Source: Candidatus Krumholzibacteriales bacterium
GTDB taxonomy: Bacteria > Krumholzibacteriota > Krumholzibacteriia > Krumholzibacteriales > WJIX01
DNA: 64,000 nucleotides
Direction: 5' to 3'
Assembly: GCA_046483305.1 (NCBI GenBank)
Contig: JAWODM010000018.1
Coordinates: 38,042-102,041, forward strand
The notes beneath the pieces are model-generated. The model was not told the origin of the DNA. It did not search any database and saw nothing but the letters and a program-made list of their open reading frames with translations. Of the stretch, positions 53,638 to 62,489 are shown piece after piece (within the stretch, counting starts at the first letter, position 1; each line of letters opens with the position of its first letter). Both the position numbers and the translations under genes were made by a program.

Positions 53638-54131
53638 TTCCTATCCTCTTCTGTTGTTGCCGGCTGCCCGGAACGGGGATTTCTCATTCTGCCAGGGAAA
53701 CGTTCAGACACAATGCCGTAAAACGTTTGCCATTGTGCCGGGGTCAACACTTCCTTGAACTGGTAAAAATGCCCGATCACCAGGTGCTGCGATTCCATCT
53801 GCAGGTTGCTGATCAGGTTGAGCAAGCTGTCAATGCGAGCGTCATCCGGCTGTGGCTGCCAGATTTCCTGCAACAGCAACCGGTTCTGCCCTTCCAGCAA
53901 TTGGTTCAGAGAATCAATACTGGAATGGAACTCACCCCGGATCTCCTCAAAGCGGGCGATCTGTGCCGGCGACAATGCCAGTTCCCGCTTGACCTGCTCG
54001 AACCGGGCTTTCTGCATCGGCGCGCAGGGACCCTGGCGGGAATTCAACCAGCGCTGATGAATGACCGTTCCCAGAGCGATCAAATTTATCAGGGTAACGG
54101 CAATAATCAGATAGATGATTTTCTTCTTCAT
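53634..54131 (-). CDS. Periplasmic heavy-metal sensor-like protein (Spy/CpxP/ZraP family)
   Basis: N-terminal TM, ELALSPAQ and VLTPAQ (LTxxQ motifs). Confidence 0.8.
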   Translation of the reverse strand: MKKKIIYLIIAVTLINLIALGTVIHQRWLNSRQGPCAPMQKARFEQVKRELALSPAQIARFEEIRGEFHSSIDSLNQLLEGQNRLLLQEIWQPQPDDARIDSLLNLISNLQMESQHLVIGHFYQFKEVLTPAQWQTFYGIVSERFPGRMRNPRSGQPATTEEDRK

Positions 54132-54607
54132 TCCTGCCTCTCGCTTTCGTTCAATGCCAGAACCTGGACGTTGATGGATCCCGGCGGCAAAATTTCAAAA
54201 TAGCTCATGCCATAATCATCGGTGATTCTTTCTGTTGATAATTCAGCAGATTCACCGGAATTACCGGTCATCAGGCCTCCCAGTTTAATTCCGCTGAAAA
54301 TTATGAAAAACAGCGCCGCTACTGTTACCACGAGACGTAGCGCTGGCCGGGCAATTTTTTCTATTTTTTTGGGAAAAACCTGTTTCGCTTCCGGCTGGAG
54401 CCGTGCGGCAATGCGTGTCCACAGAAACGGCGGTGCTTTCTTTCGTTCAACCGGCCGTTCTTTAACCCACATCCATTCTATTGCTTTCAAAGCATCGCGG
54501 CATTCCCGGCAGCTTTCCAGATGACGCCACACTTTTGTTTTTTCTCTTTCGGATAAATCGTCATCCAGATAACGCAGCAGCAATTTTCTAATCGATTTAT
54601 GTTTCAT
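54128..54607 (-). CDS. zf-HC2 anti-sigma factor
   Basis: YLDDDL...HLESCREC, one TM helix. Confidence 0.85.
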   Translation of the reverse strand: MKHKSIRKLLLRYLDDDLSEREKTKVWRHLESCRECRDALKAIEWMWVKERPVERKKAPPFLWTRIAARLQPEAKQVFPKKIEKIARPALRLVVTVAALFFIIFSGIKLGGLMTGNSGESAELSTERITDDYGMSYFEILPPGSINVQVLALNESERQE

Positions 54608-54630
54608 GTCGATTTCCTCTCTTCTATTAA

Positions 54631-54659
54631 TAAGACCCATTTCAATCGAATAACTTGCG
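54631..54659 (-). promoter_or_regulatory. Putative ECF promoter, internal copy before the anti-sigma gene
   Basis: Minus strand CGCAAGTT-attcgattgaaat-GGGTCTTA; near-identical to 55273-55300. Confidence 0.7.
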
Positions 54660-54660
54660 G

Positions 54661-55227
54661 TCAGCGCAAATATTTTTTCATGGGAAGCAATTTTTTTGTC
54701 AGATTATCTTTGGCCCGGTGCAGCAGGGACTCCACGGCAGACAGGCTGATTTCCATCACCTGAGCGATTTCCTTATAAGATAAATATTCGTAACGATGCA
54801 GAATCAGCGCGGTTTTTTGCCGGGCCGGAAGCTGGTTGATGGCCTGCTGCACGATTTGCTCTGTTTCGGAAATTTCAACCTTTTGATGCGGGGATTTTTC
54901 ATTTGCAATCGGTTGGAATTGTTTTTTTCCCTGAAATAGAAAATCCAGGGAAATCCAGTTCTCAAGTTTTTTCCGACGCTCTCTTTTCAGACAGGTATTC
55001 ACCGCAATGCGATAAATCCACGAAGATAATTTGGCATCACCTCGAAACTTTCCAACAGCATGAAAAATTTTAATAAACACATCCTGGGTAATGTCTTCAG
55101 CTTCTTCCTGGCTGCCACTCATGCGGTAACTTATATTGAAAACCATATGCTGATACTCTTCAAACAATTGTTTGAAAGCATTTTGATCGCCGTTTATTAT
55201 TTTTTTTACCAGTTCTCTATCATTCAT
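54661..55227 (-). CDS. ECF RNA polymerase sigma factor
   Basis: EAEDITQDVF, SSWIYRIAVN, LSYKEIAQVMEISLSAVESLLHRAK. Confidence 0.95.
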   Translation of the reverse strand: MNDRELVKKIINGDQNAFKQLFEEYQHMVFNISYRMSGSQEEAEDITQDVFIKIFHAVGKFRGDAKLSSWIYRIAVNTCLKRERRKKLENWISLDFLFQGKKQFQPIANEKSPHQKVEISETEQIVQQAINQLPARQKTALILHRYEYLSYKEIAQVMEISLSAVESLLHRAKDNLTKKLLPMKKYLR

Positions 55228-55272
55228 GTTTTTTTTATAATTATCACACGTTGACAAAATTAATCATAATGA

Positions 55273-55300
55273 TAAGACCCTTTAAATCGAAAAACTTGCG
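55273..55300 (-). promoter_or_regulatory. Putative ECF promoter upstream of the sigma gene
   Basis: Minus strand CGCAAGTT-tttcgatttaaa-GGGTCTTA. Confidence 0.7.
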
Positions 55301-55601
55301 CTACGTAAATATTTATTTAATAGTTTACAAAGAATTCAGCCAGAATTATGCATAAAAATAGCAGCTCCCTTTTATAACTAACTGTATTACAATACAGTTA
55401 CGAGTATATCCTTAACCAGGAACAAGGAAACTGCTGTAATTAAGGATTACCAGATTACCGTTCCGTTTGCAAGTATTTCCGGAAAAAAGTTAAAACTGAC
55501 CTTTTGGGGGCTGTTCTTACCAGCGACGCAGGGTAAAGCCGAAAACTGCTCTGACCCCTGCAGGGACCGTAACATGGAAGACTCCGGGCGGCTGCAAGTG
55601 G

Positions 55602-56185
55602 TTAGTTTAGTACACCAGAATCATTATCTAGCCATTCTGATAGACTTTCTACTCTACCATTATCGATAGTAGCACTAGCTATACTTTGACCATCCATTGA
55701 AAAAAACAATCCAGCATATTTAGGAATGTTAGCCCATGATGGTGGTTCCCTGTCCTTACCAAATGCACGAGTTTCATAGTTGAAATTACCTTCAACAAAG
55801 GTAACAGTGGCTATACTGTATCTTGACGCATACTCAATTGCGCCTCTCTGAAATCCAGAAGTTGAGAACATCATCGCTTTATTAGCTTTTACATCCTGTA
55901 GTTTCGCCCAAAGAGTGAGTACAGGATCTCTCTCAACAGGATTCTTATAACGCTTACACTCAACCAGGATCTTTATTGAAGCACCCTCCAGAATTTGGAA
56001 TTCTGCAACTGCATCGAATTCGTACTCCCTCCTGTACCTTCAAGCATCCTCAAGTGATCAACTGTGAAGAATTATAATTCTCCCGATGCATTTCTAAGCC
56101 AAGAAACAACTTGCTTCTCATATTCTTCCGGAGTCAAACCACCTGGGATTGCTGGATTCCATGGTGATTTGGGATTTCGTTTCAA
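55602..56185 (-). pseudogene. Mrr-like restriction endonuclease, frameshifted
   Basis: LTPEEYEKQV / EYEFDAVAEF...ILVECKRY...MMFSTSGFQRGAIEYA (D-ExK nuclease); two frame breaks near 56020-56080; AT-rich. Confidence 0.75.
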
Positions 56186-56198
56186 TGGTCTCCCCTAA

Positions 56199-57721
56199 CC
56201 CCAATAATTCATAAACCTTCTTTTTTCTTTTGAAATAGTACGATAAGCGGGTCTAATCTGTCCATGATTCTATTTCTGTGAAATAGTCGAATCGCCGGGA
56301 TGCGGATGAAGGGAAAATCGCTATTCAGGGCATAATTCGGACAGAGAACCCATTGGTTCTATTCTTAATTCTGATTTTTAGAGCTTAAAGCGGCAGCTGT
56401 CATGGGAAGGCCGCTGCGAGGTTAAAGAGTATCTTCTCGAACAACTCTTCAAGAGGGAAAGAGGTTGGAAGATGAAACCTGACCCTGGTGACCATCTCTA
56501 TCGCTCTTGCCCCACCTTGAGGATACGATTCTGGATGGTGTTGAACTGCGCCTTTGCCCATTTGCTACCCCTCAGACCTTTCTCGGCCAGAGCATGAAGC
56601 AGCACGCAGGCTGCGTTATGAAGAAAGAGCCGGAACTGATTCGCCTTGAAGCTGTGGCACGAAGTTCGGTCCGAGTGCAGGAAGTTCTTGTCGTGACGAA
56701 CCGAACATTATCACCCTTGGAAGAGACCTCCGCCTTGCATACAAAACGCCCCGGGTTATCCCGGCTCTCGGCCTGATATTCAAACTCACCGAATAGCCGA
56801 ACCTTATTCTCTCCTCTTTGATATATCTCTCTGGCTCGTTGCAGTAGATCCGCCGCCTTCTCTTTCAGAATAGGATTAACAGCCTGTCCCAGAGCAAAAA
56901 ATACACCGTTCTGATCAGCCCAATCGTGCAGCTCCGGAGTGCCGAAGAGACTGTCGCCTCGAATAAATCTGAACCTCAGGCCATTTCTCTCTGATATAGC
57001 CAACCAGATGCTTCAGCATGGATCTGGTCTCCGGTCCATTGACACGTTTGCCGGGCCTGATAATGGTAGTAAGCAGCTTGCCGCTTCCGCCCTCATAGAT
57101 ATGAAGCGGCGGAAAACAGTACTGATCATAGTTAGTAAGCGTTGAACAGGCTCATCTGCTCCAGCTCCGTGGTTTGGATCATTGGTATCATCCATATCCA
57201 GGACTATCGCCTCATGAGGTTTGCTGTTTGAGTCCAGAAAAACATCAACCAGAACCCGGGCCATTCGATACAGGTCTGTCCTCGAAATCGAATTCTCCAG
57301 CCTGGTCATGGTCGGCTGGCTGGCAAGATCAGCTCCGGAGATCGGAAGACGGTCGCAGGCAGACTTGATTGCAGGCTCTGTTCTGAGATTATTACAGTCG
57401 TTGGCGTCTTCATATCAGCACGCTATCTGATATATCCTCTGGCTCAGAAGTTCTTCGGTCAATGAGAACCTCCGCGAGACGCTTTATTACACCCATTCCC
57501 CTCTCAATCCCGCGAGGAAATAATACCCCGCGTCGCTGGCAAGAACACCGCCGGTGAAGCCAGCCTTAACTTTTTTCCCGGAAATACTTGTAAACGGAAG
57601 CGGAATCTGGTAATTATTGATCATAGCAGTTTCCTCTCTTGTCTGGCTGAAAGTTTTCATAACTGTATAGTAATGCAGTTAGTTATAAAAAGGGGTATGC
57701 TATTTCTGAGAATAATTCGGC
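56199..57721 (-). mobile_element. Degenerate IS1380-family element
   Basis: ASQPTMTRLENS, IVLDMDDTND, RGDSLF, NQFRLFLH in broken frames; candidate ends CCCCAATAATTCAT (~56199) and GAGAATAATTCGG (~57720). Confidence 0.8.
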
Positions 57722-57870
57722 TAAAAAAATAATCATTATTCTAACACAACTAATCCAACTAATCCAAATAGGTTTGAAAAAGGCAAAAAGCTGTGTTAGA
57801 CTCCTGAAAGGAGAAATAATACAACAACATACCGCAAAAACATGAACCTATGCAATGGAAGAGCATTGCG

Positions 57871-58527
57871 ATGGCGAAAATCAGAATACTGCTGATCGAA
57901 GATAATCGTCTTCTCCGCGAAGGCATCGCCGCCATGCTTAACGGCCAGAGCGATTTCGAAGTCGCCGCTCGGGCCGAAGGCAGCGACGTTGTTGCGCAGG
58001 TGAAGAAGATGAAAATCCCCCCCGACATCATTCTCCTGAATCTGGGGGTGAAAAAGGAATACAGCCTGAATCTGATGGCCGGGCTGCTGAAAGAATTGCC
58101 GACGGTACAATTCATCGCAATGGACATGTTCCCCGAACAATCCGATATCGTCGAGTTCGTAAAGGCCGGCGGCAACGGCTTTATTCTCAAGACCGCTCCG
58201 CTGGAGGATTACATCAAAACAATCAAAAGGGTCGCGGAGGGCGAAAATGTGCTTCCACCTGCCCTGACCAATTCACTCTTCACTGAAATCATCAAGACGG
58301 CGTTTAAGACAGGCAAAGAGAACCCCGATAATTTAATACAGCTGACCAGCCGGGAGCGGGAGATCGCCACCCTCATTACCGAGGGTCTCAGGAACAAGGA
58401 AATCGCCGAACGCCTCCATATCTCCACCTACACAGTAAAGAGCCATGTGCACAATATTCTGGAAAAGCTGGCGCTCAATACCCGCCTGCAGATAGCGGCC
58501 TTTGTCCGAGAAGAAGAGTCCGAATGA
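57871..58527 (+). CDS. NarL/LuxR-family response regulator with atypical receiver
   Basis: IRILLIEDN, FILK, LTSREREIA...YTVKSHVHNILEKL; Asn at the phosphoacceptor position (DIILLN). Confidence 0.93.
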   Translation: MAKIRILLIEDNRLLREGIAAMLNGQSDFEVAARAEGSDVVAQVKKMKIPPDIILLNLGVKKEYSLNLMAGLLKELPTVQFIAMDMFPEQSDIVEFVKAGGNGFILKTAPLEDYIKTIKRVAEGENVLPPALTNSLFTEIIKTAFKTGKENPDNLIQLTSREREIATLITEGLRNKEIAERLHISTYTVKSHVHNILEKLALNTRLQIAAFVREEESE

Positions 58528-58575
58528 CAGGACTCCGGAATTGCCCCCCCGGCTCGCGTGAAGGACTGATTCTAA

Positions 58576-59192
58576 AGGACTAGCTCCTTTTCCATCCTTC
58601 GGGTCGATTTACCCGCCCCCCATTTCCAAGTATACTTTAGTATGAAGCGCCGGACAAATATTGGAAAGGAGGCGTAATGGATTGTTGCGGTGCGGATAAA
58701 TAAACGGGGTTTTTATAATACACTACTGAAAGGAACAGATATGTTAAAACGGAATGTAATAGTGGCGGTCCTGATGATGAGCGTCCTCCTCCTGGCCGGA
58801 ACGGCCTTCGGGCAGGGCAAGATTCAAAACTATTTCAATGACGCCGCGGTCAAGGTGAAGGCGACGGACGACCCGTCGCAGAAACGCGAGATCCTGAGCT
58901 CCAGGATTCAGAATATGTCGTCGGCTCTTGACAGGATCCGGAATTCATCGATCGTATCGGAATCGGACCTGGCGGGCATAGACCGGACCAGGGCCAGCCT
59001 GAAGGAGAAGCAGGACGAGCTGGAGGGCACCAATGGATTCACCAGGGTTTCCGACGCCCAGCTTGACGCTTTCTCCGATTATGTCGTCCAGGATATGGAA
59101 CAGGCCGACAAGACGCTCACTATCGGCGTCGTCACGGCGCTCCTGATAGTGATCATTATCATTCTTATTGCGTGATCCGCCAGGATCGCCGG
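58576..59192 (+). repeat. Direct repeat copy 1 (~620 bp, leader + gene)
   Basis: Starts AGGACTAGCTCCTTTTCCATCCTTCGGGTCG; highly similar to 61325-61944. Confidence 0.95.
58741..59175 (+). CDS. Exported helical protein with hydrophobic C-terminal anchor, copy 1
   Basis: 144 aa; signal peptide ending AFG; ends TIGVVTALLIVIIIILIA; AAGGA RBS. Confidence 0.85.
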   Translation: MLKRNVIVAVLMMSVLLLAGTAFGQGKIQNYFNDAAVKVKATDDPSQKREILSSRIQNMSSALDRIRNSSIVSESDLAGIDRTRASLKEKQDELEGTNGFTRVSDAQLDAFSDYVVQDMEQADKTLTIGVVTALLIVIIIILIA

Positions 59193-59209
59193 CTATCGAG
59201 GTATCTGAA

Positions 59210-60331
59210 ATGAATTACATGCTTCATCGATTTTTCAAAAAAGCCACGCGGATACTAACGATACCAATCGCGGGCGCCGCCTGCGCGGCGCTCGCCTTGT
59301 TTTTCTTTTCGTGCAGCTCAATCCCTCCTGCGGGCCGCGAGGCTGCTCTGGAAGATGAGGACATGCTTCCACCGCGGTATTCCCTGGTGTGCATCATTCA
59401 CGGCGACGGAGAATACTTCTATCATGATACAGACGGCAACGCCCACAAAGCGGACGAGGCGACCCTCGAGAAAGCGATAAAGGTCGCGCAGCGGAATACC
59501 CGGGCCGAAGTGTTCATATTTCATGAAAAACGCAGAAAGCGGTTCATGTTCATCTTCCCGCGCCGCGACGGGACATTTTATTATTATCGGAACGGCCACC
59601 TTATCGCTAAAGAATCGTACTGGAGAGACCAGGGCGAATCGCGTTTCGATCCCGAAACGGAGCTTTACAACCGTTTTCGCGCGGAAGGATCGCCCAAGCC
59701 GGTGAATATGTTTCTGTATTTCGGCCATGAAATCCCCGAATCCGGCGGGAAGGGCTACGACGCCTCTTACGGGAACCGGGCCTTCACGATAGCCGATCTC
59801 GCTGAAGGATTGAAAGGATTCGCACAAGATTCAACGAAGGTCGATCTGGTCGTGCTTTCCACATGTTTCAACGGCACCCCTTATACCATGAACGCGCTTG
59901 CTCCGCTCGCGCGTTACGTCGTTGCCTCTCCGGACAATCTTCACCTTTCGTACTTCGATCTCAGCCCATTCGAACGCTTGGACACCGGTTTTCGGGAAAC
60001 AGGTCTGTTTGGATTCGCTAAGAAATTCGCGCGGCACGCGTTCGACAGGCTGACCGAGGAATTGCAGACAGCTGTGACCGTCGTAGTGTACGACATGGAG
60101 ATCGTCCAGCCGTTCACGCAATCCGTCGCCGGCGTCTACGAACAAACTTTGAACTCATTGAACGGAATAGCGCCCGGATCGATTGAGCGATGCGATTGCG
60201 CAGAGGACCCGGCGTACGCGCTGCCGGAAATGAACAGGGGGGTAACGGTGTTATATCGTGCGCCGAGGTTCGGACGTTTGAAAAACAAAAAGAGCCATTC
60301 GGGATGGGAATGCTGGAGGTTTGTGAAATGA
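59210..60331 (+). CDS. Putative lipoprotein with clostripain/caspase-fold (C11-like) His-Cys motifs
   Basis: LFFFSC lipobox; FLYFGHE, DLVVLSTCFNG, ARYVVASP. Confidence 0.6.
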   Translation: MNYMLHRFFKKATRILTIPIAGAACAALALFFFSCSSIPPAGREAALEDEDMLPPRYSLVCIIHGDGEYFYHDTDGNAHKADEATLEKAIKVAQRNTRAEVFIFHEKRRKRFMFIFPRRDGTFYYYRNGHLIAKESYWRDQGESRFDPETELYNRFRAEGSPKPVNMFLYFGHEIPESGGKGYDASYGNRAFTIADLAEGLKGFAQDSTKVDLVVLSTCFNGTPYTMNALAPLARYVVASPDNLHLSYFDLSPFERLDTGFRETGLFGFAKKFARHAFDRLTEELQTAVTVVVYDMEIVQPFTQSVAGVYEQTLNSLNGIAPGSIERCDCAEDPAYALPEMNRGVTVLYRAPRFGRLKNKKSHSGWECWRFVK

Positions 60332-60395
60332 TCCGGAGTCGTACGAAAAGCTCGCATAACAAAGCCGGTACTCTAATTCAGTTTAAAAGTATGAG

Positions 60396-61112
60396 ATGAA
60401 AATGAAATTGATCACACATTACTATGTTCTTTCTTTAGGCGATCATACCAACAGGCTTTACGAAGCATTCCGGGATAAGCTCATCGATATTCAGAACAGG
60501 ATTTTTCCGATCGAATCTTCCGCGCTGACAGGCAGCAATGCCAAACCGGGGATAAGAGACAATCAGGCGAGGGATTTCATTCGCACGGTTGACAGACGCT
60601 TCGATCACTATTTCAAACGGGATCCGCTTCAATTTGTCCTGGTCGGGGCGAGGAAAAACCTGTCGATATTCGGGTCAGTGACGTCGCATCAGGATGTGCT
60701 GATAGGCTGGGTCGAAGGGGATTATACCGCTACCTCTACGCACGATCTCGGTAAAATCGTATGGCCGATAGTAAAGGACGTGATGGCCGGCACGAATGAA
60801 TGGGCGATGCAGAAGCTGGAAGATGCGGAAAAGTCACAGAAGGTCGCATCCGGAATTGAAGAAGTGGGGCGTATAGCGGGAGCGAATGAGAGGGACACTT
60901 TATTCGTCGAAGAAGATTATCATATGAAAGGGGGCATCCGCAGTAAGGATCATTCGATCATCAGGCCGGAGAAACTGGACGTCCGCGAGGTGAACGACGA
61001 CGCGGTGGACGCCATTATCGAAAAGGTGCTGGAAAAGGATGGAAAAGTGATATTCCTGGGAAGCGGATCGCTCACAAAACTACGGAGAATCGCCCTTATA
61101 ACAGGTGACTGA
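60396..61112 (+). CDS. baeRF3-like (archaeo-eukaryotic release factor family) protein, short form
   Basis: YYVLSL...RLYEA, FIRTVD, LFVEEDY, DDAVDAIIEKVLEKDGKVIF, IALI. Confidence 0.7.
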   Translation: MKMKLITHYYVLSLGDHTNRLYEAFRDKLIDIQNRIFPIESSALTGSNAKPGIRDNQARDFIRTVDRRFDHYFKRDPLQFVLVGARKNLSIFGSVTSHQDVLIGWVEGDYTATSTHDLGKIVWPIVKDVMAGTNEWAMQKLEDAEKSQKVASGIEEVGRIAGANERDTLFVEEDYHMKGGIRSKDHSIIRPEKLDVREVNDDAVDAIIEKVLEKDGKVIFLGSGSLTKLRRIALITGD

Positions 61113-61324
61113 TCGCGCACCCGGGCACGCGCCGGGAGGCGGAGCCGGTTCGGGCGGCCAGGTTAATTCAGGTGTGTATCTCTGCCGGATCACCGGGAGA
61201 TATCTTTCCGCTTCGAGTGACATGTTTCTTCTGCGGCAGTCCCTGCTTGACGGGAAGCACCCAATCACTTCAAACGGTCCGGATCATCGATGCCCCGTCA
61301 GAAGATCTATCCATCTCATCCATC

Positions 61325-61944
61325 AGGACTAGCTCCTTTTCCATCCTTCGGGTCGATTTACCCGCGCCCCATTTCCGAGTATACTTTTAATAGTATAAAG
61401 CGTCGGGCAATTATTGGAAAGGAGGCGGGATGGATTGTTGCGGTGCGGATAAATAAACGGGATTTTTATAATACACTACGAAAGGAACAAATATGTTAAA
61501 ACGGAATGTAATAGTGGCGGCCCTGATGATGAGCGTCCTCCTCCTGGCCGGAACGGCCTTCGGGCAGGGTAAGATTCAAAACTACTTCAATGACGCCGCG
61601 GTCAAGGTGAAGGCGACGGACGACCCGTCGCAGAAGCGCGAGATCCTGAGCTCCAGCATTCAGGACATGTCGTCGGCTCTTGACAGGATCCGGAATTCAT
61701 CGATCGTATCGGAATCGGACCTTGCGGGCATAGACCGGACCAGGGCCAGCCTGAAGGAGAAGCAGGACGAGCTGGAGGGCGCCAATGGATTCACCAGGGT
61801 TTCCGACGTCCAGCTTGACGCCTTCTCCGATTATGTCGTCCAGGATATGGAACAGGCCGACAAGACTATCACTATAGGCGTCGTCACGGCGCTCCTGATA
61901 GTGATCGTTATTATCCTTATTGCGTGATCCACCAGGATCGCCGG
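61325..61944 (+). repeat. Direct repeat copy 2
   Basis: See copy 1. Confidence 0.95.
61493..61927 (+). CDS. Exported helical protein with hydrophobic C-terminal anchor, copy 2
   Basis: 144 aa, 7 substitutions relative to copy 1. Confidence 0.85.
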   Translation: MLKRNVIVAALMMSVLLLAGTAFGQGKIQNYFNDAAVKVKATDDPSQKREILSSSIQDMSSALDRIRNSSIVSESDLAGIDRTRASLKEKQDELEGANGFTRVSDVQLDAFSDYVVQDMEQADKTITIGVVTALLIVIVIILIA

Positions 61945-62192
61945 GTAGTATTGAACGAGGTGCCCCTGCAATAAAGCAGAAAAAGGGCACACATGTTTGA
62001 ATAATTTAGAGAGGTGGTTTGGAAATGCTTTGGACAATAGGAATAATTCTTTTGATTCTGTGGCTTCTGGGGCTGATTACCGCGAACACATTCGGCGGAG
62101 TAATTCATGTTCTTCTGGTTATCGCGCTCGTAGTGCTGGTCGTTCGGTTTCTCCAGAGCCGGCGCTCACGCGGTTAAAGCGGAAGTGAATTC

Positions 62193-62414
62193 ATGAGTAC
62201 TATAAGAATAGTCGCAATTCTCTTGATTGTCGCCGGTATTATCGGCCTCGTATATGGCGGGTTTGTCTACACCAGAGAGAACCACGAAGCCAGATTGGGC
62301 TCCCTGGAGATTTCGATTCAGGAAAAAAGCGCCGTCAATGTCCCTCTCTGGGCCGGAGTGGTGACGGTTCTTGTCGGCGGAGCTCTTTTGTTTGTGTCTT
62401 ACCGGAAAAAATAG
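62193..62414 (+). CDS. Small two-TM membrane protein
   Basis: LIVAGIIGLVYGGF.YT.E.H....G.LEIS...NVPLWAG pattern; 73 aa. Confidence 0.75.
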   Translation: MSTIRIVAILLIVAGIIGLVYGGFVYTRENHEARLGSLEISIQEKSAVNVPLWAGVVTVLVGGALLFVSYRKK

Positions 62415-62489
62415 TTTTGCTGTCTCGGCCCTTAATTCGGAGAATTGTCATTGATTTTTGAACGGAAATGCATAACGAAAGGAAATCTG

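Noticed and set aside
47300..57721. Composite transposon around the efflux operon
   Set aside because: The two IS1380-like remnants have clearly different protein sequences and are both decayed
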